In this document: positions 1-11,900 of the stretch, piece after piece
Layout: every line of letters starts with the position of its first letter
Numbering within the stretch: the first letter of the stretch is position 1
NCBI GenBank assembly: GCA_026936335.1
Contig: JAPMXV010000074.1
Span: 62,001 to 126,000, forward strand
Origin: Mantamonas sphyraenae STR306
Taxonomy: Eukaryota > Protista > CRuMs
Direction: 5' to 3'
DNA: 64,000 nucleotides
Program-made: the position numbers and the translations under genes
The notes under the pieces: model-generated
The model's database searches: none
Told to the model about the DNA's origin: nothing
Seen by the model: only the letters and a program-made list of their open reading frames with translations

Positions 1-2954
1 ACGTGTACCTGTCGGACCAGCCCAACTACAAGTCCCTCACCTTTGGCAGTGGCGACCTGAACATCAACTTTACCCAACCCGATCAGCCGGGCTACACCTA
101 CATGTACTTGTATGGAAGCGACAACAACGGCACCACTTCGCTGTGTGAGTCGCCGTACAACCTCACCGCGCTTGAGCTGTGGGGCCTGAGCAGCGAGTTT
201 GGCGGACGTGTGCTCGGTACAGACGAGTCGACGCAGGCTGTCGCTGCCCTGCCCGCCCAACCGGCCACGTTTGACACGGTGCAGAGCCTGTGTGAACTGT
301 ACAGTGTGTCGCGCAAGGACACGGTGGCCTCGGTGTTGACGGGTCTGGGCTTGGACGACGCGGCAACGCCGTCGTTGGAAGTGCAGGACAAGGAACTGGT
401 CATGGAGGATGTGGCCATGGGCACGGAACTGCTCATGTTCCACAGCGTGCAGGCGCTGGAGGCGCGTGTAAAGGAGGCGGCGGTGCGCAAGGCGGAGGGC
501 AAGGGCACGGTGGCGGTGGCCGATCAGGTGGCAGACAACGACGTGCTCAAACTCTACATCGACATGTTGGTGGCGCAAATGGACCGCAAGAAGAGTTTGG
601 TGATGAAAGGCAAGCACCGCAAGGTGGAAAACGTGCTGCCTGTGGCCGCCGTTGTGCAACGCTTGCACGAGATGCAGGCGTGCATGGACGTGGGCTCGTT
701 CCAAAAGTCCTTTATGCGATCGGAAACGTGTGTGCCCATGCTCACTGTGCTCACCAACAGCGTGGATATCCACACCCACTTTGGCAAGAGCATGGACGAT
801 GCCGCACTCGCCACCAAGGGCAAATCCGTGCAGGAGATCTTTGACGAGGGTGGCGACGTCCTTCTCCGCCTCATGGTCCAGTTCTTCATCGACGTGGCCA
901 CTGCCAAGCAGCCAGTCGCCGACCAGGAACACGCAAACATGGAGGTTGTGATGTTGCGTCAGCTCCTCGGTCGCCTGGGCGTCATGTGTCACGAGACAAG
1001 CCGCAAGGAGCGTCTCGGCAGCAGCAGCAATGACGATGGCGACGCCTCCGCCTCATCGGCAGCCGCTACAGCCTCTGCGGAGGACGGCGACGAGGAGGGC
1101 AAGGAGGACGCGCCGTCGCTTGAGGCTGGTGGCGAGGACGAGGATGCCGGATGGGGAGACATGGGAACGGACGGCGAGGGCAAGTCGACGTATTGGGAGA
1201 AGGGCACCGGGTACGGACACCACCAGGCGGAGGAGTGGGACAGGGATGCGTTCCTGTTGGAACAGGCAAAGCGAGAGGATGTGATCTGCGGCATGCTTGC
1301 TGTGCTGCAGGCGTATCTTGGCATGCGCTTGCCCAGCGAGGAGCAGCCGTACCAGGCGGACGAGGCGCTGGGGACACGCCTTGTGCAGGAGCTGGACGAC
1401 AGTGTGCTGATCCCTGTGTTGGATTCGTACCTGCGCAACGACAGCATCCTGGACATGGTGCAGCACGGCCACCTGTACATGCGCATCATGCGCTTCCTGG
1501 AGTTTATGTCGGGCAACAGGTTGCTTGTGCGATTGCTGGACACGCTGCCGGGCCAGAGCAGCTCTGTGGCCTCGTTGCTGCGTGGCCTGGGCAAGCTGGC
1601 CGAGGTCTACATCAAGGCTGTGAGCAAGATTGACGAAGCCAGCAAGAAGAAGGCGCAGCAGAACAAGGACAAGACGGATCAGGATGGCAACGGCGGCATG
1701 AACCAGACAAGCAACAGCAGCAGCAACTCTGTGGTGGTACCTTGGAACGACACCTTTGAGGGTGCCTACCCGCTTCTGGGCGAGCAGGAATTGGCAGAGA
1801 TGAAGGAGCGCAAGGAGGAGGCGAGTGAGGCCGATGCGGCTCCGGGCGAAGTGCGCGACGAGGAATCCGTCAAGGCCAAGCAAGCAGCAGCTGCTGCAAA
1901 GGCCGACCAGCGCACCAACGATTTGGCCGCACAGATCCGCGACACGTGCAAGCGTGTGCGCGAACAAGTCAAGGCTGCGTCCAAGGAGGCCAAGGCAGCA
2001 GCCTCTGCGGCGTCGTCGTCGTCATCGTCGAGTGGCACCACCGACGGAGAGGACGAACAGGACACAGACAGCGGCAACGTGGATGCAAAGGGCAAGGGTA
2101 AGGCCAAGGTGGAGAACACAACGCTGGTGGAGTACGGCGAAGTGATGGAGGAGCTGCAGTTTGACGAGTTTGACATGAGTGGCGAGGGCAAGTATGAGAA
2201 GCACCACTACAAGAACAACATCAACAGCGAGTCTGGGTCTGCGCCGGCCAAGATGAAGCGACTGGCACAGGAGCTGGGCTCGCTGTCGACGTCGCTGCCG
2301 CTGAACCCGAGCAGCAGTGTGTGGCTGCGCGTGGACGAAGACCGCATGGATGTGATGACGGCGCTGATCTCGGGTCCCGAGGACACACCGTATGCCAACG
2401 GCGTGTTTGAGTTTCACATCTACTTTCCGCAGCAGTATCCGGAGGGCCCCATGCTGGTCAACCTGGAGACGACGGGCAACGGCACGGTGCGCTTCAATCC
2501 CAACCTGTACCAGAACGGCAAGGTGTGCCTGTCGCTGCTGGGCACATGGAGCGGGAGTGGAGGTGAGACGTGGGACAAGAACACGTCGACGCTGCTGCAG
2601 GTGCTCGTCTCCATTCAGAGTCTCATTCTCGTGCCCGAGCCCTACTTCAACGAGCCGGGCTACGAGACGAGCCGAGGCACACCGCAGGGCAACTCGGCAA
2701 ACCAGAAGTACAACGAGGTCATCCGTGTTGGCACGCTGCGACACGCGATCATTGGTCAGCTCAAGCATCCGTCGCCAGGCTACGAGGATGTCATCCGCAA
2801 GCACTTTGCCCTGCGCAAGGACGCCATCTCTGCAGAGGTGGGCAAGTGGATTGACGAGGCCAGCGAAAGCAAGAGCCATCTCAAGGTGCTCACCAAACTG
2901 TGGGAACAGGCCAAGGAGCTGCTGGATGAGTTGAAGCTGGAAGATGAGGATTGA
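1..2954 (+). CDS. Large ubiquitin-conjugating enzyme with C-terminal BIRC6/BRUCE-type UBC domain (5' end outside window)
   Basis: Open frame from window edge to TGA at 2952-2954; C-terminal E2 signature ALISGPEDTPYANGVFEFHIYFPQQYP...VRFNPNLYQNGKVCLSLLGTW with catalytic Cys; upstream YWEKGTGYG and YLRNDSILDM motifs recalled from BIRC6-family proteins. No BIR domain visible in window. Confidence 0.88.
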   Translation, partial: VYLSDQPNYKSLTFGSGDLNINFTQPDQPGYTYMYLYGSDNNGTTSLCESPYNLTALELWGLSSEFGGRVLGTDESTQAVAALPAQPATFDTVQSLCELYSVSRKDTVASVLTGLGLDDAATPSLEVQDKELVMEDVAMGTELLMFHSVQALEARVKEAAVRKAEGKGTVAVADQVADNDVLKLYIDMLVAQMDRKKSLVMKGKHRKVENVLPVAAVVQRLHEMQACMDVGSFQKSFMRSETCVPMLTVLTNSVDIHTHFGKSMDDAALATKGKSVQEIFDEGGDVLLRLMVQFFIDVATAKQPVADQEHANMEVVMLRQLLGRLGVMCHETSRKERLGSSSNDDGDASASSAAATASAEDGDEEGKEDAPSLEAGGEDEDAGWGDMGTDGEGKSTYWEKGTGYGHHQAEEWDRDAFLLEQAKREDVICGMLAVLQAYLGMRLPSEEQPYQADEALGTRLVQELDDSVLIPVLDSYLRNDSILDMVQHGHLYMRIMRFLEFMSGNRLLVRLLDTLPGQSSSVASLLRGLGKLAEVYIKAVSKIDEASKKKAQQNKDKTDQDGNGGMNQTSNSSSNSVVVPWNDTFEGAYPLLGEQELAEMKERKEEASEADAAPGEVRDEESVKAKQAAAAAKADQRTNDLAAQIRDTCKRVREQVKAASKEAKAAASAASSSSSSSGTTDGEDEQDTDSGNVDAKGKGKAKVENTTLVEYGEVMEELQFDEFDMSGEGKYEKHHYKNNINSESGSAPAKMKRLAQELGSLSTSLPLNPSSSVWLRVDEDRMDVMTALISGPEDTPYANGVFEFHIYFPQQYPEGPMLVNLETTGNGTVRFNPNLYQNGKVCLSLLGTWSGSGGETWDKNTSTLLQVLVSIQSLILVPEPYFNEPGYETSRGTPQGNSANQKYNEVIRVGTLRHAIIGQLKHPSPGYEDVIRKHFALRKDAISAEVGKWIDEASESKSHLKVLTKLWEQAKELLDELKLEDED

Positions 2955-3142
2955 TGTGAGTATTGTGTGTGTGTGTGTGTGCGTGTGGTGAGGGTCGCAC
3001 AGAGCGAGCATGGTGTGTGGGAAGAAAGCCTGGAATGCATTCTCATTCTTCTCCGTCGATTGTCCCTCTGCACCCACTCGTCTCCCACTGGTCATGCTGT
3101 GCCGTACACGTACACGCCCCTCACACCCCGTGATGGGACGTG

Positions 3143-6100
3143 TCAACACACGACGTCGTCCTTGGTGGCGTTCTTGGGCTCGCGAATGAGCGACAACTCG
3201 TACATGGTGCCCTCGTCCTGGTGCGGCAGGTTGAAGACAATAGAACGCAGCGGTTCCTGCACCTTGATGTTGTACTTGACATTCTGGTATTGCGTCAGGC
3301 GCTCGATGACCTTGAACTGACCGCGGCGCTTGCGGAAGTTGATGAGCCCGTCGATCTTGTCCGGGTTGCCCTCGTCAAGGAGGACGAGATCGGTGAGGTA
3401 GACACCGATGTAGGGAATGCATGGCGGAGCAATCTGGGAAAAGTGCTCGCGGTAGGTTTGGTACCCGTTGTCGGGACGCATGAGGTTGGTGAGGAAAGTG
3501 ATGTGCTGTTTGCGCTTCTTGGGCACGCTCTCCTGGGTCAGTTTCAGGCGATGGACGGCGACGTTGCCGACGCCAGCCACGACGGCCATCATGGTCTGGT
3601 AGTTGCCCAGTTTGTACAGTTTCTTGGCCAGCTTGATGCACAGAATGTAGATTTTGGTGCGGTCCTTGAGCTTGTCCTGCCAGACAATGGTGGAGATGAC
3701 CCAATTGGAGACGGCGTTGAAGCGTTCGATCATGGAACCTACGTTGGGCGACAGGTGCTTCTTGTCCTCCTTGTTCCAGGCTTGGTTGAGCAGCTCGCCG
3801 TGCTGGATGGCGCTGTACAGGCTAAACTCGAGGAGAGTGAGCTGCTCGGCGACCTCCTGCGGTTCGTACACGTGCAGGACCTGGTCGGGGAAGAAGCCAT
3901 TGGTGGTAAGGGAGGCCGTGTCGGACGGGTTGACCTCCTGGAGCGCAGACACGGTTTGTTCCTTGCCCTTGATCTGCAGCACGAGGGTGGCCTCCAGCGA
4001 CTTGGCCAGCGACTTTTCGGTGATGTGATCGACCATAAAGTCCATGATGCGTGCAATGAGCTCGTCGGAAAAGTCGTTGAACTGGTCCTTGACCCAGAGT
4101 TTGATCATGTTGCATGTGCGCAGACGGATGACCACGCGGTCGGCCACCCACTGCTTGGGGCTCTTGCCGAAGCATTCGTGGGGCGGCTCCTCGGGCACGT
4201 GGTACCGTGCAATGAGTGCGTTGAGCATGTTTTGCGAGGTGGTGAACGAGGAGTAGGTGGCCAGCAGGGAGCGCTGCAGGTAGTCGTCGTGCTTGTCTGG
4301 CAGCGTGAGCTGCTCCACAATGAGCTCAAACTTGGAGGCTTTGATGTTGAAGCCTTGGCCGTCCTCCACAATCATCACCTTGAGCTTCTCCTCGTCCGTG
4401 CCACTCTCCAGAATCTGGTGCTGTTCCGTGAGTCTGCCCCAAAACTCTTCGATCAGGTGTGGCAGATCCTCACGCAGGGTGCTGTCGTGCTTGCGCCCCT
4501 CCTGGAACTCTGTGATCACCGGATCCACAAACTCGCCACTGGAGACCATGCGCGAACCACTGCGCATGCGTCCGCGTGTGGTCAGTTTGGGTGCGCTCTG
4601 CTGCCGTTCCAACACCGCCTTGTCGCCCGTTTCCGACGACGACGACTGGGCCGACGACGACACAAGCTCGTCCGTCGACTTGGCCTTGTTGATCATCGAC
4701 TTGAACAGCGACGACACCTTGCTGGACTTTTTCTTGCCGCTGTTGGCCGACGAGCCTGCGCCGACCGTGACTCCCTGCACGTCGCTTGTCGTGCGTTTGG
4801 TGCGCGTGGCACCGGCGGAAGAGGAGGAAGATGCCGACGACGACGACGACGATGACGATGATGATGACGCAGCAAACGACAGCGAGGCCGAACGAGGCGC
4901 ATCAACGATGTCGGCGGTGTAGGAAATGGCTCGCTGCCTGCTCTTGATCTGCTCGAGTTTCTTCTGCGCCTCGCGCTTGCGTGCATCTGCTTGTAGGGCC
5001 TCGAGTTCCTCCTGGGAGGCTTTGTGCTTGCTGCTCTTTGTCTCTTGTGTGTCGACCATCCAGTCTGGCTTCTGACCGCCCGCCTGAGGGGCGCCGGAAC
5101 TAAGGCGCGAGGACCCGCGTCGGTGGCGAATCATCTGGATGCTGTTGCGAAAGTCTGGGGTGTTGAAGAGGAAGGTGAGGCTTTCGAGGTCCTGGTCGCT
5201 CTTGTTGCCCATAAACATTTGCATGCGGTTGCGGATGGATTTGATGGCGACGAGGGTTTCCTGTTCCTCCTGGTCGCCTCGGTCGAGAAAGAGGGTGATG
5301 CAAATGTTGACGGTGTGCATCATGTCCAGGCAGGACTTGATGAGGAGTTCGGTGACGGCTGCGAGTTGGGTGTACAAAGAGGAGGAGTTGATGTTGGTTG
5401 TGCTGATGGCCTGGAGGATGGCAAGGAACTGCATGATGGCGTTGCCTGTCTTGCGGTTTGCATGGTACAGAGAGTACTGCATGGCCGGAGCGGTGACGTC
5501 GTCGACCATGTCGTTGATGTGATCGTGGTACTGGGTGATGCACTCGGAGATGGCCGAGGCGAGGGGCATCATCTTGTGCTGGTCGGTGCGCAGGGCAAGG
5601 GGCACGGTGAGCATGAGGCCCTGGAATTGTTTGGCAAAGGAATACAGGTGGGAGGTGTGGTTGTCGTCGGTGTCCATGTGCAAGGTCAAGCTTTCGATTT
5701 CCTCGTGCATCGAGTGCAACGCGGTGCGCAAGCGAGCCTCGCCGATGCTCTGCTCGTAGCCGACAAGGCCCGTGCTGAGGAGGGTGCTGAGGTTGGAAGA
5801 GAACTTCTTCAAGGCGCCGCTGAGCTGTGTGTATCCGAGTTCGACGACGGAGGAGCTGCGCACCGTTTGGGCGGTGTTGATGAGCTGCATCATGATGCGC
5901 CAGGTCTCGGGGCACAGTTTGAGGAGATCTCTCTGCAGGGAGCTGATACCAATGACAGCGGCGAGGGAGTAGGAACTCTCGACGAGGCCGACGCCGCGGT
6001 CCATGAGGTCGATGACCTTCATCTGGTAGTCCATGTCGCCGCCCTTGATGGAATCGACAACCTTTTTGGCTGCCTCGAGGGTGCTTTTGTGCTGACGGCG

Positions 6101-8150
6101 AAAGGCGAGGAGCGGGACGAGCTCGTGGTCTTCAAAGGGATCGATGCGCAAAGCGGCAAGGCTCTCGACCATCTGAACGAGAAAGGCAAAGGTTGCGGTG
6201 ACCATCTGAATGTACGAGGTGTCTGTGCTGGAGTAGGAGCCGTTGCCGCCTGCAATGTCTTCGGCAAAGCCGAGAGAGTCGTTGACGGCGCAGGAGAGGG
6301 CGAAGAAACGGGTGAGGAGGACTTCGTCGTCCTGTTCGACGACAAAGGATTCGCAGATGGGCATGATGGCATCGATGCATGCCTGGCAATCCTTGCGCAT
6401 GATGTGTGCCTGTTCCTTTGCCTTTTTGTCGATGGCCGAGTTGTTTGTGGTGCCTGTGGATTCTGAGCGGACCTCAAACACAATCCCCTTGTGCTCCTCG
6501 AGGAGGGAGACGACAGTGCGCACCTGTTCGATGAGCTCAGCCAATTCGGGGTCCTCGCTCATGGCCTTTGTGTCTGCGGTGTCGTCGTTGTCGTCGCCCA
6601 TGACACGAGATTGGTCACCTTCGCCTGCGCTGTTGCCGCTTCCGCTGAGCTCTTCGTTGCGCAAACGCTGCCTGCGTGAGTTGTCTTCACACGAGTCTCT
6701 TGTGCCTTCGGTTTCGCCGTCTTCGTCGGCGCTGTCGAGGTTGCTGATGCTGGTGGTGCTGGTGGTGCTGCTGCTGCTGCCTGCGCTGGCTGTGCTGAGG
6801 CCTGAGGACGAGAGCGGACGAGAAGGCTCCTCGACTTTGGCTTTGCCCTTTTTCCCGCCCACACCCACGGGACGGTCGTCCCAACGAGTGGACAACGTGC
6901 GCCTGCGCTGCACCTCTGGACTGTCCATCTCGCGCGGGTCTTCTTCTTCCACGGTCCACAGCGAGGAGGTCTGGCCGAGGCTCGTGAGCATTTCGTCGTC
7001 GTCGTCTTCGTCGTCGGACGACGTGAAGCCGCTTTTGCTACTGTTTACACTGCTCGACCGCAGGCGGCTGCTGCTGGAGATGAGCTTGGGTGTGCGTCCG
7101 TGTGGTGTGCGTCCACTGTGGGAGGCAAAGGAGGCGTGAGCGGTGGAAAAGGGGCTCGCGGGTTGGATTGGAGGGCTAAAAAAAATTGTTGCACGGGCAA
7201 AACGTACGCCTTCATGCGCTCGTAGCAGGTGGGATAGATGAGAATGAGCACGGGGTCAAGAGCAGAGTCGACCAATTCCTCGACCTCGTCAAGCTGGCGG
7301 GTGTGGCTGCAGTGTCAGCGAGGTGTGTGGAGCACACAGGGAGGGCGGGATTTTGGCGCCGGCGTTTTGCAGTTTCCTCACCGCCACCATTCCTTACCTT
7401 GTGGCAAAGCTGAAAGACCTCGACAGCGCTGACGCGGCTGGAGAATTCGCTGTCGTCTACGTCAACAAGAGACTCGACCTGTGCGTGGAAGGGGTGTGTG
7501 GAAGGGACAGAGGCAGCCATGCGTGTGTGCGGGGCGTGGGCAGAGTGAGCGTCGTGCGCAAGGTTTGTGTTTGCTTTTGAGGATCGGGCCAAACCTACGA
7601 CTGCGTCGAAGCTCTCCTCGCGTTCCTGGTCACTTTTGGCATGCCAATAATTGATCATGTGTGCAGCCACGTCGATTTCAAAGGAGGAGTAGTGCTGTGG
7701 GACGGGGGCAATGCGTGTCAGGCCGTATGGAGAGGTGTTTTGGGAAAAGTCGGCGCGGGGGCGGCTGCGGAGCTGTCGGATAACGCCGTGCGGGAAACGG
7801 TGTTGCACCCACCTTTGCGCTGTCCTTGCCCGTGAGGTCCTTGGCAAAGTAGGCAAGGACCTGGGCACGTTCCTTGGAGTCGTTGAGCGCCGTTTCCATG
7901 AGGGGTCGGAGCGGCGTGTGGAGAGAGAATGTTTGGGCCAAGCAGCGCTAGCGAGGGCGAGGGCGAGAGAAACCAGGTGAGCGGAGGAGGAACATGGACG
8001 AGGAAAAGGGAGGGGAAGGAGACAGGGTGGGCACAAGGAGGGCGGGTGGGGAGAAGACCCCCAAACATGAGCATGGGAGGGGATGGCGGAAACGGAGTCA
8101 AGGAAAAAACCTCGTGTGCAGGGAGTGGGGAGGCCAAATGTCGATGCCAT
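3143..8150 (-). CDS. Ras guanine-nucleotide exchange factor (long helical N-terminus, REM + CDC25 domains), multi-exon
   Basis: Last exon includes ORF 3143-6991 with EVAEQLTLLEFSLYSAI, IERFNAVSNWVISTI, PPCIPYIGVYLTDLVLLDEGNPD...LINFRK. Upstream exons join in frame through GT-AG introns (e.g. ...ERMKA|gtacgt..cccacag, ...QLCHK|gtaagg..ccgccag). Start ATG at 8150 is tentative. Confidence 0.88.
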
Positions 8151-8248
8151 CACCACGTGGGATGCTGCAACGTACAAACAGCACGTCGTCGACGTCGTCG
8201 ATGGGCAGTGTGCGTCGTGGATCGCTGCTACGAAACACAGAAAGCACC

Positions 8249-9364
8249 ATGAGCACGGGATCGGTGGTGTTTCGGGACGTGGTGGAGGATCCGTGGATGA
8301 AGTATGACCTGCAGGCGTTGATCCAAGACAGCAAGGAGCTGCTGGTGGACATGGACGAGATGGACGCACGCATCACAGATATCCAGGAGCTGATGAGCAT
8401 GAAAACAATCACGTTGACACACGGCAAGAAGACGGGCTCGGTGACCATCTTCAAGTCGGACGGATTCGACGCGGGCTTTTGCTATGCAGTCACCATGGGC
8501 AACTTTATTCTGGAGGACCAGTGGAAATGGCGTGGCCTGAAGGAAAAGTTCAGCTCGCAGATTTTGCCGTTCCAGCGAGTCACGCGCAAGGAGGAGGAAG
8601 GGCAGGGGTTCAGCAACCGCAGCCGGTTCACAGTGGATTTCGATGCGCTGAAGGATGGATCCGTGTACGAGTTTCTCATTGAGCGTAAGTTGGGTGTGGT
8701 GTGTGGTGGGTGGTGGTGGTTGGTGGGCGATGAGGCCGTTGCAGAGCAGCGCGCTGACACACGTTTTTCTTCTGCCTTCTGCGGGGATGTCACACTCACG
8801 GATACACGTGACACTTGACACACAGAGAAATCGGTGATGGAAATCTACAACGCCATGTCGTACGAGGAGAAGCAAAAGTTCAGGCAAGAGTTTGACGAGA
8901 TTGACACAGACGGGAGCGGAGATCTGGACGCCTCGGAGATCCGCGAGTATCTGCGGCGTGAGCTGCAGGGGATCATGGATGAACTTCCCCAAAAGATTGA
9001 GCACCAGCTGGCACAGCTTGGGGATGATGTAGGTTGGAGAGGACATGAACAGGAGTGTGTGCAGGAGGAGATGATGAGCTGACACACACTGGGGGACACA
9101 CACACACACGTACGATGGGCTATGGGTGCGGGATGGGATCCTGGTGTGATGGTGTCGTACACACACGGTGTTTGGCATGCACAGGAAAAGGCACGTGCTC
9201 GCTTCCTAAAGTTTGTGGAGGCGCAAAAGGCGGATCTGGAGACGCAGCTGGAACAGGCGAGGATCGAGCTGGTGGGAGCCGACGAAGACGGCGACGACCT
9301 GATCGACTTTGACGAGTTTGTGCGACTCAAGATCGAACGGTCATTACGCTTCCAATCGATGTGA
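8249..9364 (+). CDS. EF-hand calcium-binding protein, 3 exons
   Basis: EF-hand loops DTDGSGDLDASE and DEDGDDLIDFDE; introns gtaagt..cacag (~8686-8825) and gtaggt..cacag (~9029-9184) join ORFs 7994, 8834 and 9122 in frame. Start inferred at ATG 8249. Confidence 0.75.
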
Positions 9365-9749
9365 TGGGCAACCAAACGGGGAGAGGGCAGGAGAAATCAA
9401 TATGTTTGTTTGTTCTCTGGCTGGAGGCAACCACCACGTGCAGTCTCAAAGTGAGCACAGCGTGGAGGGCAGCGTGTGTGGATGAAGTGCCGGGTGTGCA
9501 GGGAACAGCAGTCGGGGCTGCGTGTGTGCGGTAAGGACTGGCAAGAAGGAAGAGGGAAATCGAGGGGGCACACATGCAGAAACGCGCGGACCACGTGTGC
9601 GCTGGCACACAGGGACACAGACAGAGACATGTGAAAGGGCTGACAAGCACACAAACGCAAGGGAGGAAACATACACACGTCGGCATGCGCATGCGCAAGG
9701 GGTGTGAAGGAATGTGAGCCCACGTCGACCCAGAGTGTCCACATGGGTG

Positions 9750-9919
9750 CAGTGTATCAGACTGACCCGAGAACCGCCGGTTCCTATATTGCAGGCGCCC
9801 ACATGTAGCAGGATTCACGGTCCCACTGTGGTTGTTCTGGCTTTCCGAACCGATCTTTGTTGATCACTGGCGGTACCTTCGCCATGAAGAGAACAGAGGC
9901 ACCGTGGCATCGGAAGCGG
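9750..9919 (-). ncRNA. Candidate H/ACA-like structured RNA
   Basis: Minus strand: hairpin 1 closed by GCTTCCGA/TCGGAAAGC with inner stem CGGTGCCT/AGGTACCG (G-U on this strand), then AGAACA (ANANNA H box, 9838-9833), hairpin 2 closed by CAGTGGGACC/GGTCAGTCTG, then ACA-NNN (9755-9750). High-complexity island in a low-complexity intergenic gap. Confidence 0.4.
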
Positions 9920-10018
9920 TATTTTTCGATTCTGGCTCCACCCGCGCATCCCCGCTTCCAACCTTTGCATGTCCCTCCCCCCCAATTCCCCCTCCCGTCT
10001 GCCTCCTCTTGGGTTCTG

Positions 10019-11702
10019 TCACCCACGAAACGCAGTTTCAATGGCCTCGATCCAGGCGCCTCGTTCGTCGGCACTCTCTGCCACCAGAACCATCTGGTTT
10101 TCCTCGGGCAGCTCCAGGGTGAACGAGTTTGTCTTTGTGTCTTCCGAGTTGTTCACGTCGATGGGATACCACACCATAATGGGAAGGGAGTCGTCTGCAC
10201 TGGGAGTCAACGCCAGAGCAATGGGACGCGGCCGCAGGCTGAGCCAGGCCTTTTTCCACCCCAAGCCCTTCTTGTACGAAACCACACCCTCCTTGGAGGG
10301 ATTCACCATGGCCAGGCATGTGGGGATGTTGACCAGGGCGTGGTGGAACACCACCTGTGGATCCCAGTGAGCCGCACGCGCACTGGCATTTGCCTGCCGC
10401 GTGGTCTTTGACTCATCCGCCCCGCTCGACAGCGATGACGAAAGCAACATTGCATCTGTGTCCTTGGATCCGCCTCCGTCGCCTTTGACCTTTCCCATGT
10501 CGATTGCGCGGCTGCTGCTGCTTGCACCCGAGCCGCCGGTGCTGCTTGTGCCTCCTCCTCCTCCTCCTCCTCCTCCACCGCTCCCACTCCTCCCTGCGGC
10601 AGCTACGCGATGCAGATTCTGCAGCATTTGCATGCAGGCAATCCAGCGGTAAAGCTCGTCGGCAGAGGAGCACACAAACTGGTAGGTGCGATCGTCGGTC
10701 TTGATGCGAAACATGTGTGCCGACTCGTGACCCTTGAACTCCTCGTCGAATTGGTCGATGACAGACACCTCGCTGTTGAGGACACTGAGCCCACCTGCGG
10801 GCAGCGGGTCGTCTTGGCTCTTGAAATAGTACAATTGGCCATTGGGCGTCAGCACAAAGTATCGCTCCTTCCAGCTCTTGCGCTTGGCTCCCAGCTTGGT
10901 CATCAGGCCTCGGCATGCCACTTCACACCAGTCTTGCGGCCCACAATCGGCTCCACTCGCCTCGCTGCCAGCCACCACCGGTTTTTCAAAGAAGGCCAGC
11001 GGCGCGCCGTCCACAAAGGCCTTTTGGGCGTACTTGGCTCGGATGAACCCGCCCTTCAGCAGTGAGTGTGTCTTGGGTTGTGGCACGGGCATACAACTGG
11101 GCAGTTGTGCAAGGAATTTGTCGTTGGACAACACGTTGCCCATCAGCAGCATCTCCTGCACCTGCTGCTCCTCCCAGTTGTCCAGCTCAATCGAGCGCAC
11201 CTTGGACACTCCCGTGCCCATCTGTCGGTGCACCCCGGAGCACTCGATGCACATGAACACTCCCAGATTCGTCGATGTCCACACAGGGTCTGTCCATCAC
11301 GTGTTGAGTTCATTCCCGGTTCCTTGCTCGTGTCAGTCGCCCTCCCGCGCGCTGCAAGGCCATTTCCAACTGGGTACCCACCCCTCTCCAAACCGCCCCT
11401 CCATCCCCAACAGTGCACCTGCAAACGGTCGAAGGCTCCTTGAAAGGAGCAGACACGTGTGCTTCGCCACCGTTGTGTCCTCCCTTTTCGCGTGTGCCTT
11501 CTCTTTGCACGGCGCACTGCCGTTTGCAAGAACGTTGCCGATTTTTTTTTGGAGGTGTCTCCTCACGGCACTTCTCCTTATCCGCCCCGTGCGCTGCATC
11601 CAGACCCACTCACCTTCTGTACCGCAGTCCACGCATGTGTTGTTGCCATCCTCGGCCGCCAATTGCTTCAGCTCCTCTCGCACCTCGTCTCGTGTCGACA
11701 TG
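10019..11702 (-). CDS. ArfGAP with dual PH domains (ADAP/centaurin-alpha-like architecture), 2 exons
   Basis: Exon 1 MSTRDEVREELKQLAAEDGNNTCVDCGTE|gtgagt splices to ..ggacag|DPVWTSTNLGVFMCIECSGVHR, giving the CxxC-x16-CxxC-x4-R zinc finger; PH motifs GLMTKLGAKRKSWKERYF and ERGAWIEAI. Confidence 0.88.
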
Positions 11703-11900
11703 TGGTGGTGGGATGACTGTTCAACCTGAGTTGCGCTGTGTGCTTTTTGCTTTGTCGTGGGTGTCGCATCCCAGTGTGGAAAGGGCGGATGTTTGCTGAC
11801 GATGGGATGCGATGGACGATGGAATCGTGGCCAATGCCAGGTTTGCGTTTGTCCTGCACAGCATGCCCCAGCCCAGCCAACCTCCCAAATTGAACCCCAC

